NCBI GenBank assembly: GCA_003567315.1
Contig: PWZT01000088.1
Location: 25,610 to 89,609 of the forward strand
Origin: Paracoccaceae bacterium
Lineage (GTDB): Bacteria > Pseudomonadota > Alphaproteobacteria > Rhodobacterales > Rhodobacteraceae
Length of the DNA stretch: 64,000 nt
Direction of reading: 5' to 3'
Shown here: piece after piece, positions 38,703 to 51,399 of the stretch
Layout of the letters: the number at the start of each line of letters is the position of its first letter
Position numbering within the stretch: the first letter of the stretch is position 1
Program-made: the position numbers and the translations under genes
Notes under the pieces: model-generated
The model's input: the letters and a program-made list of their open reading frames with translations, nothing else
What the model was told of the DNA's origin: nothing
The model's database searches: none

Positions 38703-38800
38703 GCCTGATTCATGCCCGCGAACATGCCCCACGCGCAAGCCCGCTTGCGCGCAGATGGGCGCCCGGGCTATCGTTACCCGATTAACGGGGCGCAGGAACA

Positions 38801-39118
38801 ATGACCATCACAAGGCGCGAAGGTATCACTGGCAGAGCCGTGCTTATCGCATGCGCAGTGCTGTTGCTGTCCAGTTGCCTGGGATCGCCCGATTTGCCCG
38901 CGCCGCGTGGGGATGGCGGCGGTGAGGCGCCGCAACTCTTGCCGATCGCCGGCATCCTCGCCCAGACCGCCGATGGGGTTCACACAGCGCGACTGACCGA
39001 TGCCACCCCCGAGGCCCGTGCCGCTGCCTTGCGCAGGCGCGCCGCGACTTTGCGCGGCCCCGTGCTCACCGCGCAGGAACGCGCGCGGATGCTTGCCTCA
39101 AACCCCCGCCTGCGTTGA
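38801..39118 (+). CDS. Hypothetical lipoprotein
   Basis: Lipobox LLSSC after a hydrophobic stretch; RAAALRRRAATLRGPVL C-terminus. Confidence 0.6.
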   Translation: MTITRREGITGRAVLIACAVLLLSSCLGSPDLPAPRGDGGGEAPQLLPIAGILAQTADGVHTARLTDATPEARAAALRRRAATLRGPVLTAQERARMLASNPRLR

Positions 39119-39895
39119 GTTTTCGATCTCGGCGAGTGCCGCGCGTTCCTCGGGGCGCAGGGCGCTTCGTTCGACCACAGCCGTATGGATCGAGAAAACC
39201 ACCGCGCCGGTCTTCGGCAGCTTCAACAGGCATTGCCGCTCGGACCGGATGAACTCACCCTGCATGCTCTTGTCTTTTGGCGCGCCCTCAAGCCGGGGCT
39301 GGAACAGCGCCGGGTTAGCGTAATGCAGCAGATTGGCGCGCCAGAGCGGTTGTTCAGGGCGCATCAGGTCGAACATGCGCTGCACGCGCGTGCCGATATT
39401 GGCATCGTAGCTGGCGACCGGTTTGTGAATGCGCATCATTGGCTTTCCGAGTTTTTCCGAGAGGGTCCAGCTGGACGGAAAGCAGAGCACGGCCCCGGTC
39501 AAAACATGCTCATCTTGCCCGGCGGGTTTTTGCAGAATGCAGAAATCCGCTTGCAGCAGATGCCCAAGGGTCCAGAGCGGATGCGCAGGGTCGATCTCGA
39601 CTTCCCGCTCATCCGGGCACTGCACAATGCCCCCGCGCCGCGTAAAACCATGCAGCAGAATATCGCGCAGCACCTCGTCCAGCAATTCTGCTGCTGCGTC
39701 CCGAGCCTGTGGCAATGCGCCCAGCACCTCTGCCGCGCGCGTGGCAAGCAACTCAGCGCGCGCCTGCATCTGCGCTGCATAGGCCGCATCGACCATGAGC
39801 CAATCCGCACGCGCAAGCGGCATGACGCCGGGCAAGCGGCGATATGCAGGGTTCACCCAAGGCGCGAAGGGAAGTTCCGGATGCAATACGGCCAT
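39098..39895 (-). CDS. DUF3445 / heme-dependent oxidative N-demethylase alpha-like protein
   Basis: LLQADFCIL, LTGAVLCFPSSWTLSEKLGKP..IHKPV, RSERQCL..LPKTGAVVFSIHT. Confidence 0.78.
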   Translation of the reverse strand: MAVLHPELPFAPWVNPAYRRLPGVMPLARADWLMVDAAYAAQMQARAELLATRAAEVLGALPQARDAAAELLDEVLRDILLHGFTRRGGIVQCPDEREVEIDPAHPLWTLGHLLQADFCILQKPAGQDEHVLTGAVLCFPSSWTLSEKLGKPMMRIHKPVASYDANIGTRVQRMFDLMRPEQPLWRANLLHYANPALFQPRLEGAPKDKSMQGEFIRSERQCLLKLPKTGAVVFSIHTAVVERSALRPEERAALAEIENSTQAGV

Positions 39896-39971
39896 ATCGA
39901 AGCGTTAATTTGAGTTGAATCCTGCGTCAAATATTTGTTGCGCGACGCGTGCGCCGCAGTAGGCTCTGCAC

Positions 39972-41105
39972 ATGGACAGTGCCACACCAGATTACACCTT
40001 GGGCATCGAAGAGGAGTATCTCCTCGTCGATGTCGAAACCTGCGCCCTCGTCGATGTGCCCGACGCATTGATGGAGGATTGCGCCAAAGAGCTTGGCGAC
40101 AAGGTCTCGCCCGAGTTTCTCGCCTGCCAGATAGAGGTCGGCACCGGCGTTTGCGCCAATATCGCCGAGGCGCGCGCCGATCTCGGGCATCTGCGCCGCA
40201 CCATCGCTGATTGTGCCGCGAATTACGGTATGGCCCCGCTTGCCGTCTCCTGCCATCCCTTCGCGGATTGGCACCAGCGCAAGCAGACCGAAAAGCAACG
40301 CTACAACGATCTCGCGCGCGATCTTGCGGGCGTGGTGCGGCGCATGCTGATCAGTGGCACGCATGTCCATGTCGGCCTGCCCGATGATGACCTGCGCATC
40401 GATATCATGCGCCAGATCACCTATTTCCTGCCACATCTTCTGGCGCTCTCGACTTCATCGCCGTTCTGGGGCGGGCAGGATACCGGGCTGAACAGCTACC
40501 GCCTGACGATCTTTGACAATCTGCCGCGCACGGGCCTGCCGCCCGACTTCATCAGCCATGGCGAGTATCGGCGCTCGGTCGATATGATCATCGATGCAGG
40601 GCTTATCGAGGATACGACCAAGATTTGGTGGGATATCCGCCCCTCGGCGCGGTTCCCGACGCTGGAGGCCCGGATATGCGATGTCATGCCATTCATGGAG
40701 CACACGCTGACCATCGCCGCTCTGGTGCAGTCGATCACGCGCATGCTGGTGGAGCTGCGCCGCCGCAATCAGCGCTGGCGCATCTATGACCGCTTCCTGA
40801 TCGCCGAGAACCGCTGGCGGGCACAGCGCTACGGGCCGCGCGAGGGGCTGTTGGATATCGGCAAGGGCGCTCTGGTGCCTGTGCCGCAGCTTGTCACTGA
40901 ACTGATCGAACTGCTGGAGGCCGATGCCATCACGCTCGATTGCGTCAATGAAGTGCGCGGGGCGCAGGATATTCTCGCGACGGGCACGAGTGCAGAGCGC
41001 CAACGTGCGGTCTATGGCGCAGCGGTCGAGCAGGGCGCGGATCAGGATGAGGCTTTGCGCGAAGTCGTGCGCGCGTTGATCACGGAGTTTCGCGCCGGGC
41101 TGTAG
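39972..41105 (+). CDS. Carboxylate-amine ligase (YbdK / GCS2 family)
   Basis: [49 protein letters not shown]. Confidence 0.9.
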   Translation: MDSATPDYTLGIEEEYLLVDVETCALVDVPDALMEDCAKELGDKVSPEFLACQIEVGTGVCANIAEARADLGHLRRTIADCAANYGMAPLAVSCHPFADWHQRKQTEKQRYNDLARDLAGVVRRMLISGTHVHVGLPDDDLRIDIMRQITYFLPHLLALSTSSPFWGGQDTGLNSYRLTIFDNLPRTGLPPDFISHGEYRRSVDMIIDAGLIEDTTKIWWDIRPSARFPTLEARICDVMPFMEHTLTIAALVQSITRMLVELRRRNQRWRIYDRFLIAENRWRAQRYGPREGLLDIGKGALVPVPQLVTELIELLEADAITLDCVNEVRGAQDILATGTSAERQRAVYGAAVEQGADQDEALREVVRALITEFRAGL

Positions 41106-41157
41106 TGGTGAGGTTCATGGTGGGCAGTCGCGCCGCTCCCCGTGGCAGCGCGCGGGC

Positions 41158-41820
41158 TCATAGAAGGGCTTTGAGCCGCGCGGCCTCCGAGGCGCAGGGC
41201 GTGAGCTTCTTGCGGTCTTCTCCCGGGTAGAAGCGCGCGCGCAGCGCAGTCGGCATGGGGGCGGCCGCCTCGACCATCACGCGCGGCCCGGTTTTTTCGG
41301 CTTCCCGGGCCCATGACTGCGCCAGCGCCATCTGCGCGGCCTTGGAGGCGCCATACGCCCCCATGAATTTATGGCCGGTCATGGTGTCGTCGATGAAAAG
41401 CGCAGTGGCCCGCGCGGGCGCGGCCAGCAAGAGCGGTGCGACCATCGGGATCAGCACCCCTGTTGCGCGGATATTGATCGCAACGCATTTGTCCCAGTCC
41501 TTGAGCGCGATGTGATCGGCGGGCGACATGGGCGGTGCGTGAATGGCCGTATGCACCCACAGATCGAGATGACCCCAACGATCATGAATGCCGCGGCACA
41601 GATGGCGCATCGCGTCATCCTTGGAAATATCCATGGCTGCGAGCGTCGCGCTGCCACCCTTGGCCTTGATCCGGTCGTCAAGCTCTTCCAGCGCGCCGAG
41701 CGTGCGGGCAAGCGCGATCACATGCCAGCCATCCGCTGCCATGGCTTCAGCCATCGCCGCGCCAAGCCCGCGCGAGGCGCCGGTGATCAGGACCCGTTTC
41801 TTGTCATCCACATCTGTCAT
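41158..41820 (-). CDS. SDR oxidoreductase (YciK-like)
   Basis: LITGASRGLG, YGASK, PMPTALRARFYPGED. Confidence 0.88.
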   Translation of the reverse strand: MTDVDDKKRVLITGASRGLGAAMAEAMAADGWHVIALARTLGALEELDDRIKAKGGSATLAAMDISKDDAMRHLCRGIHDRWGHLDLWVHTAIHAPPMSPADHIALKDWDKCVAINIRATGVLIPMVAPLLLAAPARATALFIDDTMTGHKFMGAYGASKAAQMALAQSWAREAEKTGPRVMVEAAAPMPTALRARFYPGEDRKKLTPCASEAARLKALL

Positions 41821-41976
41821 GCGCGCTCTGTTCCAGTTTGCGCAGAGTTTGGCAAGAGGGTCCGAAAGGCCGCAACCGCATTTCCAAATACCAGCATCGG
41901 CAATTTTCCGCTTGACTCGAATCCATTGCTGCGACCGACTGAAAGCACTCTGCCGGGGGGCTGATGGACAAATATA

Positions 41977-42423
41977 TTGAACGGGGGCTGCATGTTAATT
42001 CGGGGTCTGGCTACGCTTGGCGTGGCGTTGGTGCTATGGGTGCCTGCATTTCAGGCGCAGGCAGATCGTGTTGTCGCGCGTGTCAGTCTCAGCGGGCAGG
42101 TGATGCATGTCTATCATCATGGTCAGTTGCTTTATGAGTGGCCGGTCTCGACTGCTCGGTCGGGCAAGATCACCCCGACAGGCACATGGCGGCCGCAATT
42201 CCTGTCCCGCAACCATCGCTCCTCGCGCTACAACAACGCGCCCATGCCGTATTCGGTATTCTATTCCGGCCATTACGCCATCCACGGCACAGATCAGATA
42301 AATCGCCTCGGGCGCCCGGCCTCAGCGGGCTGTGTGCGCCTGCACCCAGACAATGCGCGGGTGTTCTTCGACATGGTGCGCAATGAGGGGATGGAGCAGA
42401 CCCGCGTGATTGTCGTGAATTGA
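41977..42423 (+). CDS. L,D-transpeptidase (YkuD family)
   Basis: WPVSTAR..TPTG, AIHGT..GRPASAGCVRL. Confidence 0.9.
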   Translation: MNGGCMLIRGLATLGVALVLWVPAFQAQADRVVARVSLSGQVMHVYHHGQLLYEWPVSTARSGKITPTGTWRPQFLSRNHRSSRYNNAPMPYSVFYSGHYAIHGTDQINRLGRPASAGCVRLHPDNARVFFDMVRNEGMEQTRVIVVN

Positions 42424-42549
42424 GGGCTGAGTCCTCAGCGCCACAGGATGGCCCCATGATCTGGTGGTGGTCGATTGCTGCTACCCAATGCGTCGCGGTT
42501 TCCCTATAGTCTTTGAGGAATACGAGACAATTAAGCCGAGGGAGAGGGC

Positions 42550-43017
42550 ATGCGCTGTCCGTTTTGCGGGAACACCGATACGCAAGTCAAGGATTCACGC
42601 CCTGCGGAAGATCACGGCGCCATACGCCGTCGGCGTTTCTGTCCGGCCTGTGGGGGGCGCTTCACGACCTATGAGCGGGTTCAACTGCGCGATCTCGTCG
42701 TGGTGAAATCCAATGGGCGGCGTGAGGCATTTGACCGCGAGAAACTCGAGCGGTCGGTGCGTATCGCCATGCAGAAGCGGCCCATCGAACATGAACGGAT
42801 TGACCAGATGATCTCGGGGATCGTGCGCCGGCTTGAAAGCCAGGGCGATACGGATATCCCCTCGAAGATGATCGGGGAGATCGTCATGGAAACCCTCGCG
42901 CGGATCGACACTGTGGCCTATGTCCGTTTTGCCAGTGTTTACAAGAATTTTCAGGAAGCCGATGATTTCGATAAATTCGTGTCGGAGTTGCGGCCCGATT
43001 CCAAATCCGTCGAGTAA
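42550..43017 (+). CDS. nrdR: Transcriptional repressor NrdR
   Basis: [31 protein letters not shown] cone, AYVRFASVY. Confidence 0.97.
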   Translation: MRCPFCGNTDTQVKDSRPAEDHGAIRRRRFCPACGGRFTTYERVQLRDLVVVKSNGRREAFDREKLERSVRIAMQKRPIEHERIDQMISGIVRRLESQGDTDIPSKMIGEIVMETLARIDTVAYVRFASVYKNFQEADDFDKFVSELRPDSKSVE

Positions 43018-43020
43018 CGT

Positions 43021-44133
43021 TTGAGCATCGAGACGGATCGGCGGTTCATGCGAATGGCCATCGCGCTGGGCGCGCGTGGTCTGGGGCGTGCCTGGCCCAA
43101 CCCTGCGGTTGGATGCGTGCTTGTTCGTGAAGGTCGCGTTCTGGCGCGTGGCTGGACGCAGCAGGGTGGGCGGCCCCATGCTGAAGCGATGGCCCTTGCG
43201 CAGTGTGATGCGCGCGGCGCCACAGCCTATGTTAGCCTCGAGCCCTGCGCCCATCACGGCAAGACACCGCCTTGCGCCGATGCTCTGGTCGCGGCGGGTG
43301 TGTCGCGCGTTGTTACGGCGCTGACCGACCCCGATCCGCGTGTCTCCGGGAACGGGCATCGGTTGCTGCGGGCAGCTGGAATCAACGTGTCTGAGGGCAT
43401 CGAGGCAGAGGCGGCGCGCGCGGTCAATGAAGGCTTCCTGATGCGCATGACGGAAGGAAGGCCGTTCGTTACGTTGAAGCTCGCGTTGACGCTTGATGGA
43501 CGCATCGCCACGGCTTCGGGCGAGAGCCGCTGGATAACCGGACCCGAGGCGCGCGCGCGGGTGCATTTGATGCGCGCGCGGCATGACGGCGTTCTGGTGG
43601 GCGCGGGCACGGCGCGTGCGGATGATCCCGATTTACGGGTGCGTGGGCTCGGAGTTGCGCATCAGCCCGTGCGGATCGTGGCCACGCCCCGGCTGGATCT
43701 GCCGACACAAGGGCGGCTTTCGCGCACAGCGCGGGAGGTCCCGGTCTGGCTTTTGCATGGATCCCCTGCGCCCGAGTCTGCGAAAGCGTTCTGGGAGGCG
43801 CGGGGGGCGGAACTGATCGATTGCGTGAATGCTTCTGGCGCGCGCAAGGGGCTCGATCCGCGCGCGATGCTGCAGGCGCTGGGTGCGCGCGGGCTGACGC
43901 GCGTGCTCTGCGAAGGCGGCGGAGCGCTTGCGGCGAGCCTGATACGCGCGGGGCTGGTGGATGAGTTGGTGATCTTCTCGGCGGGCAAGCTCATCGGGGA
44001 TGAGGGGCGCGCAGGGCTGGGAGCGCTGGGGCTCAGCGCGCTGGCACAGGCGCCACAGTTTCGGCTCGTGGGTCTTGAGACGGTCGGGCCGGACGTGCTG
44101 CATCGCTGGCGTCGTGTCCCCGAGCAAGCGTGA
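43021..44133 (+). CDS. ribD: Bifunctional riboflavin deaminase/reductase
   Basis: PNPAVGC, HAE, LEPCAHHGKTPPC, KLALTLDGRIA, VLCEGG; TTG start. Confidence 0.96.
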   Translation: MSIETDRRFMRMAIALGARGLGRAWPNPAVGCVLVREGRVLARGWTQQGGRPHAEAMALAQCDARGATAYVSLEPCAHHGKTPPCADALVAAGVSRVVTALTDPDPRVSGNGHRLLRAAGINVSEGIEAEAARAVNEGFLMRMTEGRPFVTLKLALTLDGRIATASGESRWITGPEARARVHLMRARHDGVLVGAGTARADDPDLRVRGLGVAHQPVRIVATPRLDLPTQGRLSRTAREVPVWLLHGSPAPESAKAFWEARGAELIDCVNASGARKGLDPRAMLQALGARGLTRVLCEGGGALAASLIRAGLVDELVIFSAGKLIGDEGRAGLGALGLSALAQAPQFRLVGLETVGPDVLHRWRRVPEQA

Positions 44134-44146
44134 TCCAGCGGAGCGG

Positions 44147-44181
44147 CTTGCGCCGCAAGATCCTTGTTGGGGCTACGCCCC
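44147..44181. repeat. Two short adjacent palindromes (REP-like)
   Basis: CTTGCG-C-CGCAAG and GGGGC-TAC-GCCCC between ribD and tadA. Confidence 0.35.
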
Positions 44182-44242
44182 GTGCATGCCACCGCGCCCG
44201 AAAGCGTTTGAGCCGTATGGCGTGCCGCGTTAGAGGCAGATC

Positions 44243-44695
44243 ATGAGCGAATTCAGAAGCCATATGCAGATCGCCCTCGAGGAAGCGCGCGCCGCCGGGC
44301 TGCGCGGCGAGGTGCCGGTGGGCGCGGCAGTAATCGGGCCGGAGGGTGCGCTGCTGTCTTCAGAAGGCAACCGCACGCGGGAATTGCGCGACCCGACCGC
44401 ACATGCCGAGATGCTGGCGCTGCGCGCAGCCTGCGCGGCGCTCGGGCAGGAGCGGCTGACAGGTTGCGATCTCTATGTGACGCTGGAGCCGTGCCCGATG
44501 TGCGCCATGGCGATTTCGCATGCCCGAATCCGCAGGCTCTATTACGGCGCGGCCGATCCGAAATCCGGGGGCGTGGCGCAGGGGCCGCGGATATTTTCGC
44601 ATCCGCAATGTCACCATGTTCCCGAGATCTATGACGGGATCGCGGCGGAGGCCGCCGCGCAGCTCTTGCGGGGCTTTTTCGAGGCGTTGCGCTGA
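44243..44695 (+). CDS. tadA: tRNA adenosine(34) deaminase-like nucleoside deaminase
   Basis: GEVPVGA, DPTAHAE, TLEPCPMC, YGAADPKSG. Confidence 0.88.
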   Translation: MSEFRSHMQIALEEARAAGLRGEVPVGAAVIGPEGALLSSEGNRTRELRDPTAHAEMLALRAACAALGQERLTGCDLYVTLEPCPMCAMAISHARIRRLYYGAADPKSGGVAQGPRIFSHPQCHHVPEIYDGIAAEAAAQLLRGFFEALR

Positions 44696-44696
44696 G

Positions 44697-45335
44697 ATGC
44701 TGCAGGATCAGGTCATCGCATATTGCGAGCGCAGCGACTTCACCTATTGGAGCGAGCCCGTCAATGCTCTGACCAACGCGGCCTTTCTGATCGCGGCGGC
44801 TTTCGTCTGGCGCAGCACGGCGGGATTGCCTCTGGCGCGCGCGATGGCGATTGTTTTGGCGATCATCGGGGTCGGCTCATTTCTGTGGCACACCCATGCG
44901 ACAGGCTGGGCGGGGCTAGCGGATGTGATCCCCATCCTGATCTTCATCCTGCTCTATCTCTTTGCCGCCACCCGCGATTACCTGCATCTGCACCCGCTCT
45001 GGGCCTTGCTCGCAGTGATGCTCTTTCTGCCCTATGCCTTTGTTTTCGCCTGGGGGCTGGGGCAGATCCTGCCGGGGCTGGGGGCAAATGCGGCCTATTT
45101 CAGCGTCGCCGCGCTGATCGCAGGCTATGGGCTGTGGTTGCGCAAGACCGAGACAGGGCAGGGGCTCTTGATCGGAGCGGGGCTTTTGTGCGTCTCGCTA
45201 GGCTTTCGGATGGCGGATGGGGCAGTCTGTGATGTCTTTCCCATCGGCACGCATTTCATGTGGCATATCATGAATGCGATCATGCTGGGCTGGATGATCC
45301 ATGTCTATGTGAAGCATCGCCGGGCCATGACATGA
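44697..45335 (+). CDS. Ceramidase-domain (CREST-type) membrane protein
   Basis: YCER..EPVNALTN, GSFLWH, ADVIP, THFMWH; about 7 hydrophobic segments. Confidence 0.75.
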   Translation: MLQDQVIAYCERSDFTYWSEPVNALTNAAFLIAAAFVWRSTAGLPLARAMAIVLAIIGVGSFLWHTHATGWAGLADVIPILIFILLYLFAATRDYLHLHPLWALLAVMLFLPYAFVFAWGLGQILPGLGANAAYFSVAALIAGYGLWLRKTETGQGLLIGAGLLCVSLGFRMADGAVCDVFPIGTHFMWHIMNAIMLGWMIHVYVKHRRAMT

Positions 45336-45338
45336 GAA

Positions 45339-45368
45339 AGCCCCGACCCGCTTATGCGGATCGGGGCT
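45339..45368 (-). terminator. Intrinsic terminator of the atp operon (possibly bidirectional)
   Basis: AGCCCCGACCCGC-ttat-GCGGATCGGGGCT, 13-bp stem with one mismatch; TTTCT tail on the minus strand. Confidence 0.7.
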
Positions 45369-45392
45369 GGTGGAATTATGACTGCGCAGGGA

Positions 45393-45788
45393 TTATGCGA
45401 TCGTTTCGATCGCGCGGGCCAGATCATTGGCGGCCTTGTCCATCTGGTCTTTTTCCGGTCCGCTGCTCGCCTCGGCCTTGGCGCGCATCTCCTGCAGGAT
45501 TTCATCCAGCGCCGCGCGGCCCTCGGCATTGGCGGGATAGGCGCGCTCGGCCAGAACCGAGGTGCCCTGCGGCGAGATTTCCGCAAAACCACCCGTTACG
45601 ACGAAACGTGTCTCGCCCTCGGGCGCTTCCGAGATGAGAATCCCCGGCCGCAGTGTGGTGATGGTGGCCGCATGATCCGCCATGGCAGTCATGTCACCCT
45701 CGGCGGCCGGGATCTGCACGGCCCGCACCTGCCCCGAGGCGAGCTTGCGCTCGGGGCTGACGAGATCGAATTGCATCAGTTCTGCCAT
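45393..45788 (-). CDS. atpC: F1 ATP synthase epsilon
   Basis: [20 protein letters not shown]. Confidence 0.95.
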   Translation of the reverse strand: MAELMQFDLVSPERKLASGQVRAVQIPAAEGDMTAMADHAATITTLRPGILISEAPEGETRFVVTGGFAEISPQGTSVLAERAYPANAEGRAALDEILQEMRAKAEASSGPEKDQMDKAANDLARAIETIA

Positions 45789-45798
45789 CTGGCCCTCC

Positions 45799-48107
<2,309 letters not shown>

Positions 48108-48128
48108 GGGAACTCCCTCTCACCGCCC

Positions 48129-49667
48129 TCAGGCGAAGTCTTTCGCGAAGTCGTCGAGTGCCGCGCGGATTTTCTCTTCCAGATCGCCCTTCACCTTGCG
48201 GTCATTATCGGTGATATCGTCGAGCAAATCCTTGTGGCGGCCACGCAGATGCGCGAGCAGCCCCTTCTCGAACCGGCCAACATCCTTGACTGCAACCTTG
48301 TCGAGATAGCCCTGTGTGCCCGCAAAGATCACGCAGACGATCTCGGCATTGGTCATGGGCGAATACTGGCCCTGCTTCATCAATTCGGTCAGACGCGCGC
48401 CACGGTTCAGGAGTTTCTGCGTGGAGGCATCGAGGTCCGAACCGAACTGCGCGAAGGCTGCCATCTCGCGATACTGCGCAAGCTCCAGCTTCACCGGGCC
48501 AGCGACCGATTTCATCGCGTCTGTCTGGGCCGAAGAGCCCACGCGGCTCACCGACAGACCCGTGTTCACAGCGGGGCGGATGCCCTGATAGAACAACTCG
48601 GTCTCGAGGAAGATCTGCCCGTCTGTGATCGAAATCACGTTGGTCGGGATAAAGGCCGACACGTCGCCGCCCTGCGTCTCGATGATCGGAAGCGCGGTCA
48701 GCGAGCCTGCGCCGTGATCCTCGTTGAGTTTCGCCGAGCGCTCCAGCAGGCGCGAGTGCAGGTAGAAAACGTCGCCCGGATAGGCTTCGCGGCCCGGCGG
48801 GCGGCGCAGCAGGAGCGACATCTGGCGATAGGCCACGGCCTGTTTCGAGAGGTCATCATAGATGATGAGCGCATGGCGGCCATTGTCACGGAAATGCTCG
48901 GCCATCGCGGTCGCGGCATAGGGGGCGAGGAACTGCATTGGTGCAGGATCCGAGGCGGTCGCGGCGACGACAATCGAATATTCGATCGCGCCCGACTCCT
49001 CGAGCTTCTTCACAAGTTGAGCCACAGTCGAGCGCTTCTGGCCCACAGCAACATAGACGCAGTAGAGCTTCTTGCTCTCATCGTCGCCTGCGGCCTCGTT
49101 ATAGCTCTTCTGGTTCAGGATCGTGTCTAGCGCCACGGCGGTCTTGCCGGTCTGGCGGTCGCCAATGATCAATTCGCGCTGGCCACGGCCGATCGGGATC
49201 ATCGCATCCACTGATTTCAGGCCCGTCGCCATCGGCTCATGCACCGATTTGCGCGGAATGATGCCGGGGGCCTTCACATCGGCCACAGCGCGCCCCGACG
49301 CCTTGATCTCGCCCTTGCCATCAATCGGGTTGCCCAGACCGTCGACCACGCGACCAAGCAGCTCGTCGCCCACGGGCACGTCCACAATGGATTTGGTGCG
49401 CTTGACGGTGTCGCCTTCCTTGATGCCCCGGTCATCGCCGAAGATCACGATGCCGACATTGTCCATCTCGAGGTTGAGCGCCATGCCGCGAATGCCGCCA
49501 GGAAACTCGACCATCTCACCGGCCTGCACATTGTCGAGGCCATGGACACGGGCAATCCCGTCACCCACAGAGAGCACGCGGCCCACTTCAGCGACTTCGA
49601 CATCCTGTCCGAAGTTCTTGATCTGCTCCTTGAGGATGGCAGAAATCTCAGCAGCTTGGATACCCAT
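48129..49667 (-). CDS. atpA: F1 ATP synthase alpha
   Basis: [29 protein letters not shown]. Confidence 0.99.
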   Translation of the reverse strand: MGIQAAEISAILKEQIKNFGQDVEVAEVGRVLSVGDGIARVHGLDNVQAGEMVEFPGGIRGMALNLEMDNVGIVIFGDDRGIKEGDTVKRTKSIVDVPVGDELLGRVVDGLGNPIDGKGEIKASGRAVADVKAPGIIPRKSVHEPMATGLKSVDAMIPIGRGQRELIIGDRQTGKTAVALDTILNQKSYNEAAGDDESKKLYCVYVAVGQKRSTVAQLVKKLEESGAIEYSIVVAATASDPAPMQFLAPYAATAMAEHFRDNGRHALIIYDDLSKQAVAYRQMSLLLRRPPGREAYPGDVFYLHSRLLERSAKLNEDHGAGSLTALPIIETQGGDVSAFIPTNVISITDGQIFLETELFYQGIRPAVNTGLSVSRVGSSAQTDAMKSVAGPVKLELAQYREMAAFAQFGSDLDASTQKLLNRGARLTELMKQGQYSPMTNAEIVCVIFAGTQGYLDKVAVKDVGRFEKGLLAHLRGRHKDLLDDITDNDRKVKGDLEEKIRAALDDFAKDFA

Positions 49668-50234
49668 TTATCCGACCTCTTTCATGCTGTTCTTGAGGGC
49701 CGCGAGCTGCGCACGGATCGAGCTGTCGATCATTTGCGAGCCCACCTTGATGACGAGACCGCCGATGAGGCTTTCATCGACGGTCAGCTTGAGTTTGATC
49801 TCCTTGCCGACACGCGCTTTCAGCGTCTTTGCGAGTTCGGCCTCCTGTGATTTGGTCAGCGCATTCGCCGAGGTGACTTCTGCCGTGACCTCGCCCTTCT
49901 CCTCGGCGATCAACTCGCGCAGGCTGGTAATGACCTGCGGCAGCGCGAAGAGGCGGCGTTTGCTGGCCATGAGGCCAAGCGCGCCTGTCATGTTCTGCGA
50001 AAGCTTCATCTTTTTGGCGACCGCCGTGATAGCTGTTGTGACCTGATCGCGCGAATAAACCGGCGATGTGATGAGGCTGCGCAGATCGGTGCTTTCCGTC
50101 AGCGCCCCGTCAAGCGCATCGACATCCGTTTCAAGAGCGTCGAGCGAATTGGACTCCTTGGCGAGTTCAAAGACGGCTGTGGCATAGCGCATGGCGATGC
50201 CGGAGGAGATCGAAGCTGGTTCGGACACGTCCAT
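49668..50234 (-). CDS. atpH: F1 ATP synthase delta
   Basis: [31 protein letters not shown]; start ATG 50234 or GTG 50228. Confidence 0.96.
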   Translation of the reverse strand: MDVSEPASISSGIAMRYATAVFELAKESNSLDALETDVDALDGALTESTDLRSLITSPVYSRDQVTTAITAVAKKMKLSQNMTGALGLMASKRRLFALPQVITSLRELIAEEKGEVTAEVTSANALTKSQEAELAKTLKARVGKEIKLKLTVDESLIGGLVIKVGSQMIDSSIRAQLAALKNSMKEVG

Positions 50235-50316
50235 CCTTCCATCTGTTTCGCACCAGCCCTCGCGTCGGTCTGATGCCATGAATGCTGAGTGTTACGCGGC
50301 ATGTGAAATCGGCGCG

Positions 50317-50345
50317 GGTTTAGCAGAGGGTTTTTCGTGCTGCAA
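50317..50345 (-). promoter_or_regulatory. Candidate sigma70 promoter of atpHAGDC
   Basis: Minus strand TTGCAG, 17 nt, TAAACC. Confidence 0.55.
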
Positions 50346-50444
50346 CACTCAAGGCCACGGCTTCGTGAGAAACCGGCGTATAATTGGTCTGGCCGCTGCG
50401 ACAATCTGCCTCAAGCTTGCGCTATCATGTCCCTGCTTGCGCAA

Positions 50445-51314
50445 TCATTTCCCTTGCACTTTGCCAGATTGCGCGGCGGCGTCTGCAAGGAAACGATGAT
50501 TCCTGACCTGATCATTTGCTTTATCCGCTCTGGCCTCGCTCAACCCGAATAAAACAGGCCCGTTGCGCCAAGCCGGACGCGTGCCACCCGCCCTTACCGG
50601 ATCGAGGATGCGCAGGGGTTTGCCTTCGCGCACGCTCAGGCCAGAGGGGCGCACATCATCCGGCGCGCGCGTCGCTTCGACCAGAAGCACACCGCCGGCA
50701 TGATATTTCGAGAGTTTGCGCCCCATACGCTCCAGCATCATCGCCCAACGCAGCCACGCGCCCTTGTCGCGCGGTGGAAAGAACAGCGCCGCCGAGTGCA
50801 GGCCGACCTCGAAGCCATGCTCGACCAGCAGCGTCTCGACCTGCCCCAGCGAATAGGGCCGACCGAGCGCGAACGGTGTGCCATCCCTGCGCGCCCAGAG
50901 CCCCGAGCGATTGGGCACGACCAATATGATCTTCGCCCCCACTTTCAGTACGCGCGCGGCTTCTTCCATCAAGGCGGCCGGGCGTTCGGAGGTCTCGATC
51001 CCGTGCAGTATCACCAACCGGTCCAGACTGTCAGTCGCCAATGGCCAGCTCGTCTCCTGCACCAGAACCGAGTGATTGGCCGTCTCTGCGGGCCAGTGCA
51101 TCACACCCTGTTGCCCCGGCATCAGCGAGATCACCCGCTTCGCGTCACGCAGGAAGGGCCGCATCAGCGGGGCCGCGAAGCCGAAGCCCGCCACGGACAT
51201 TCCGCGCGCATCGGGCCAGCGCGCCTGCAACTGATCACGCATCGCCTTTTGCGCCGCGCGACCGAGCGTGGTCGTATAGTAGAAATCACGCAGAAAGCAG
51301 ACATCCTGATGCAT
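50445..51314 (-). CDS. Class I SAM-dependent methyltransferase (Methyltransf_11-like), divergent from gloB
   Basis: AGFGFAAP, DSLDRLVILHGIE, VVPNRSGLWAR. Confidence 0.85.
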   Translation of the reverse strand: MHQDVCFLRDFYYTTTLGRAAQKAMRDQLQARWPDARGMSVAGFGFAAPLMRPFLRDAKRVISLMPGQQGVMHWPAETANHSVLVQETSWPLATDSLDRLVILHGIETSERPAALMEEAARVLKVGAKIILVVPNRSGLWARRDGTPFALGRPYSLGQVETLLVEHGFEVGLHSAALFFPPRDKGAWLRWAMMLERMGRKLSKYHAGGVLLVEATRAPDDVRPSGLSVREGKPLRILDPVRAGGTRPAWRNGPVLFGLSEARADKANDQVRNHRFLADAAAQSGKVQGK

Positions 51315-51399
51315 GGGGTGAGGTCGCGTCCGATGGTTGCCTTGCCTGTGACGATGCCCCACACTGACTCAAGCTGAGAAAAATGCAAGGAAAAGACCC

